Shown here in pieces: positions 61,714 to 64,000 of a stretch of DNA of 64,000 bases (positions are counted from its first letter, which is position 1; each line of letters begins with the position of its first letter). Location of the stretch: assembly GCA_037445995.1 (NCBI GenBank), contig JBBIJK010000006.1:3629-67628 (forward strand), in the 5' to 3' direction. The DNA comes from Actinomycetota bacterium (GTDB taxonomy: Bacteria; Actinomycetota; Coriobacteriia; Anaerosomatales; D1FN1-002). The position numbers and the translations under genes were made by a program. Below the pieces are notes generated by a model that did no database searches, had not been told where the DNA came from, and worked only from the letters and a program-made list of their open reading frames with translations.

Positions 61714-62772
61714 TTGACCGACCGCGAGGACAGGGGCGGGTTCACATATCGCGACGCCGGCGTCGACACCGCAGCCGGCGCTCGCGCCGTGGACGGCATC
61801 CGCGCGCTGGTGCGGTCGACCTACCGAGCCGAGGTCATCGGTGACATCGGCGGCTTCGGGGGGTTGTTCTCGGCTGCGGCCCTCAAGGAGATGGCAGAGC
61901 CGGTCCTGGTGTCGGGCGCGGACGGCGTGGGCACCAAGATCGAGATAGCGAAGATCCTTGGCCGCCACGACACGGTGGGCATCGATCTTGTGGCCATGTG
62001 CGCCAACGACGTCCTGGTCTGCGGCGCTGAGCCGCTGTTCTTCCTGGACTACGTCGCGGTCGGCAGACTCGAACCCGACCGTATGCGGAGCATCGTCGCG
62101 GGGGTGGCCGAGGGGTGCCTGCGGGCGGGATGCTCGCTTCTCGGCGGCGAGATGGCGGAGCACCCCGGGGTGATGGACCCGGACGACTACGACCTCTCGG
62201 GATTCTGCGTGGGGGCGGTCGACAGGCCTCGCATGGTGACCGGCGAGCGCATCGAGCCCGGCGATGTCATCCTCGGATTGGCTTCAAGCGGTCTGCACTC
62301 GAACGGCTTCTCTCTGGTTCGGCGTGTGCTCGTGGAGGGCCGCGAGGAGGCGCTCCTTCTGCCCCGGGTCGACCTGGGCGGGGTCTCGCTCGGCGAGACG
62401 CTGTTGACTCCCACCCGGATGTACGTCAAGCCGGTGCTCGAGCTCCTGCGCTCAGGGGCCGACGTCAGGGGCATGGCGCACATCACCGGGGGCGGGATCA
62501 CGGAGAACCTCGACCGCTGCCTTCCCCGGCACTGCGACGCTCGCGTCGTGCCGGGAGCATGGAAGCCCCCGGCGGTCTTCGGGCTCGTGGCCGAGGCGGC
62601 CGGACTGGCCGACGAGGAGATGCTCAAGACCTTCAACATGGGCGTCGGGTTCGCGGTCGTCCTGTCCGCCTCCTGCGCCGCCGACGCGGCCGCCCTGCTC
62701 CGCGAGGGCGGCGAGACGGTCTGGGAGATAGGCGAGGTCGTGGATGGGAGCGGCCGGGTCGTCTACGGCTGA
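61714..62772 (+). CDS. purM: AIR synthetase
   Basis: TTG start after GGGAGACGG. Motifs are GGFGGLF, GADGVGTKIEIA and DLVAMCANDVL. Confidence 0.95.
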   Translation: MTDREDRGGFTYRDAGVDTAAGARAVDGIRALVRSTYRAEVIGDIGGFGGLFSAAALKEMAEPVLVSGADGVGTKIEIAKILGRHDTVGIDLVAMCANDVLVCGAEPLFFLDYVAVGRLEPDRMRSIVAGVAEGCLRAGCSLLGGEMAEHPGVMDPDDYDLSGFCVGAVDRPRMVTGERIEPGDVILGLASSGLHSNGFSLVRRVLVEGREEALLLPRVDLGGVSLGETLLTPTRMYVKPVLELLRSGADVRGMAHITGGGITENLDRCLPRHCDARVVPGAWKPPAVFGLVAEAAGLADEEMLKTFNMGVGFAVVLSASCAADAAALLREGGETVWEIGEVVDGSGRVVYG

Positions 62773-62847
62773 CGTCTCTCCCGGGCGGGCGGTTGCGATA
62801 GATCAGTAACCAAACGAGCCGAGGCTCGTTCATACTCATAGGCACCT

Positions 62848-62883
62848 AAAGGGGGGGGTGGCGCGCCGCGCCACCCCCCTTTC
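62848..62883 (+). terminator. very stable GC hairpin after purM
   Basis: AAAGGGGGGGGTGGCGC-GCC-GCGCCACCCCCCTTT forms a stem of about 15 bp, followed only by TTTC. An 8-bp hairpin AACGAGCC-GA-GGCTCGTT lies at 62813-62830. Confidence 0.5.
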
Positions 62884-62912
62884 ATCGACACAGACAGGAG
62901 CGGGACCCGCAC

Positions 62913-63311
62913 ATGCCAAGGGGAATCAGGTCGACCAAGGACAGGGACGGCACGCACGTTCAGGTGGAGTGCGGCTTCCAGTCCGAGGGCGGGGCGTTCT
63001 TCCTCATGCTCCGCCGTCTCCCCCCGCTGTACGCCAAGCCGCCGGTGTGGCTTGTCCGCCTGTCGACCGACACGCTTTCGCAGCGCGCCGGCGACGGGAC
63101 CGCCACCACCTTCTACAAGGCATACTCCATCCAGGGCCTGACAGACAAGGAGAAGGAGTTCCTCTCGCAGTGCGAGCCGGGTTCCTCGGTGTTGCCGTTC
63201 TTCAATTTCAGCTATCCGAACGTCATCAAGACGCTGGGCAAGAAGTTCCGCAAGCTCGACGACTCCGAGGTGGGGGCTCTGCTCAAGCGCGAGTACGCCT
63301 TCATCCCCTGA
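62913..63311 (+). CDS. hypothetical protein (no recognisable domain) between purM and purN
   Basis: 132 aa with good third-position GC. The product is soluble-looking and Lys/Phe-containing (…FFNFSYPNVIKTLGKKFRKLDD…). Confidence 0.5.
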   Translation: MPRGIRSTKDRDGTHVQVECGFQSEGGAFFLMLRRLPPLYAKPPVWLVRLSTDTLSQRAGDGTATTFYKAYSIQGLTDKEKEFLSQCEPGSSVLPFFNFSYPNVIKTLGKKFRKLDDSEVGALLKREYAFIP

Positions 63312-63354
63312 GCCCGCGCCGACCGAGCCCGCGCCGACCGAGCCCGCGCCGACT
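63310..63354 (+). repeat. 15-bp tandem repeat GAGCCCGCGCCGACC x3
   Basis: Three consecutive copies lie at 63310-63324, 63325-63339 and 63340-63354. The last base of the third copy differs. The array starts within the stop codon of the preceding ORF. Confidence 0.95.
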
Positions 63355-63434
63355 CCTGCAGCCGCCGGGCGTGGGCTATGCTGGTCTTACTGCCCCCTGC
63401 GGTCCGGGGCAGGCTGGGTGAGGAGGCGAGGTCG

Positions 63435-64000
63435 ATGGGGTCTGACAGGCTGCGGCTGGGCGTCCTGATATCCGGTTCCGGAAGCAACCTCCAGGCGCTC
63501 ATGGACGCCTCTGCCGAAGGCCGACTCTCTGCCGAGATTGTCTGCGTGATCTCGGACAAGGAGGCGGCGTACGGCTTGGAGAGGGCCCGCAAGGCCGGCG
63601 TGCCTGCCGTGTGGGTCGATCGCGCCGCCTGCCCGACGATGCGCGAGTACGACCTGCGGATCCTCGAGGTGCTGCGCCGGCACGAGGTGGACACCGTCGT
63701 GATGGCCGGCTACATGCGGCTGTTGGGCACCGAGGTGCTCGATTCATTCCCCATGCGGGTCCTCAACATCCACCCGGCGCTGCTGCCCAGCTTCGCCGGG
63801 GCCAACGGCATCCGGGACGCCCTGGAACACGGCGTGAAGGTCACCGGCGTCACGGTCCACTTCGCCAACGAGGTCTTCGACGAGGGCCCGATCATCGCCC
63901 AGGAGGCCGTGCGTGTGGACGAGGGCGAGACGCTGGCCTCGCTCGAGGCCAAGATGCACGAGGTCGAGCACAGGCTGTACCCGCAGGCGCTCCAGTGGCT
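63435..64000 (+). CDS. purN: phosphoribosylglycinamide formyltransferase (3' end beyond window)
   Basis: ATG start after TGAGGAGG. Motifs are LISGSGSNLQAL, NIHPALLPSFAG and VTVHFANEVFDEGPII. The ORF runs off the window end. Confidence 0.9.
   Translation, partial: MGSDRLRLGVLISGSGSNLQALMDASAEGRLSAEIVCVISDKEAAYGLERARKAGVPAVWVDRAACPTMREYDLRILEVLRRHEVDTVVMAGYMRLLGTEVLDSFPMRVLNIHPALLPSFAGANGIRDALEHGVKVTGVTVHFANEVFDEGPIIAQEAVRVDEGETLASLEAKMHEVEHRLYPQALQW

Overview
This is a 64 kb chromosomal segment with about 68-70% GC, dense coding on both strands, GGAGG-type ribosome-binding sites, and frequent GTG/TTG starts and 4-nt ATGA/GTGA start-stop overlaps. Gene content points to an anaerobic Gram-positive-type organism: an LPXTG-type sorting signal, CWB2 cell-wall-binding repeats, split purS/purQ/purL, an archaeal-type PEP carboxylase, radical SAM and ferredoxin-type proteins. 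It could be Actinomycetota (Coriobacteriia-like) or a high-GC Bacillota lineage; the window does not resolve this. I saw no transposase, integrase, phage gene, CRISPR array or rRNA. Most long ORFs antisense to recognisable genes are high-GC artefacts.

Main contents:
- a 2921-aa cyclic beta-1,2-glucan synthase-like gene
- tRNA-Ala(UGC)
- a DUF4143 ATPase
- a minus-strand CorC/PspC/PspC/amidohydrolase/methyltransferase operon
- a HEAT-repeat/HD-GYP pair
- a wall-anchored metzincin
- a CPA2 antiporter, azlCD, rsgA and purB
- an SPFH/NfeD pair
- a copA-centred copper cluster
- a purC-S-Q-L-F-M-N operon

Most notable observations:
1. An in-frame TGA sits exactly where the first Cys of a thioredoxin CxxC motif should be, in a membrane-anchored rhodanese-thioredoxin fusion. 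A hairpin suitable as a bacterial SECIS follows it. This is a candidate selenoprotein.
2. The copper cluster has three paralogous Cys/Met cupredoxin-like domains, each on a different carrier, upstream of copA. An exact sigma-54-type -24/-12 match precedes the cluster.
3. The pur operon is interrupted by five tightly coupled uncharacterised ORFs.

All family names are from motif recognition by eye. No searches were run.
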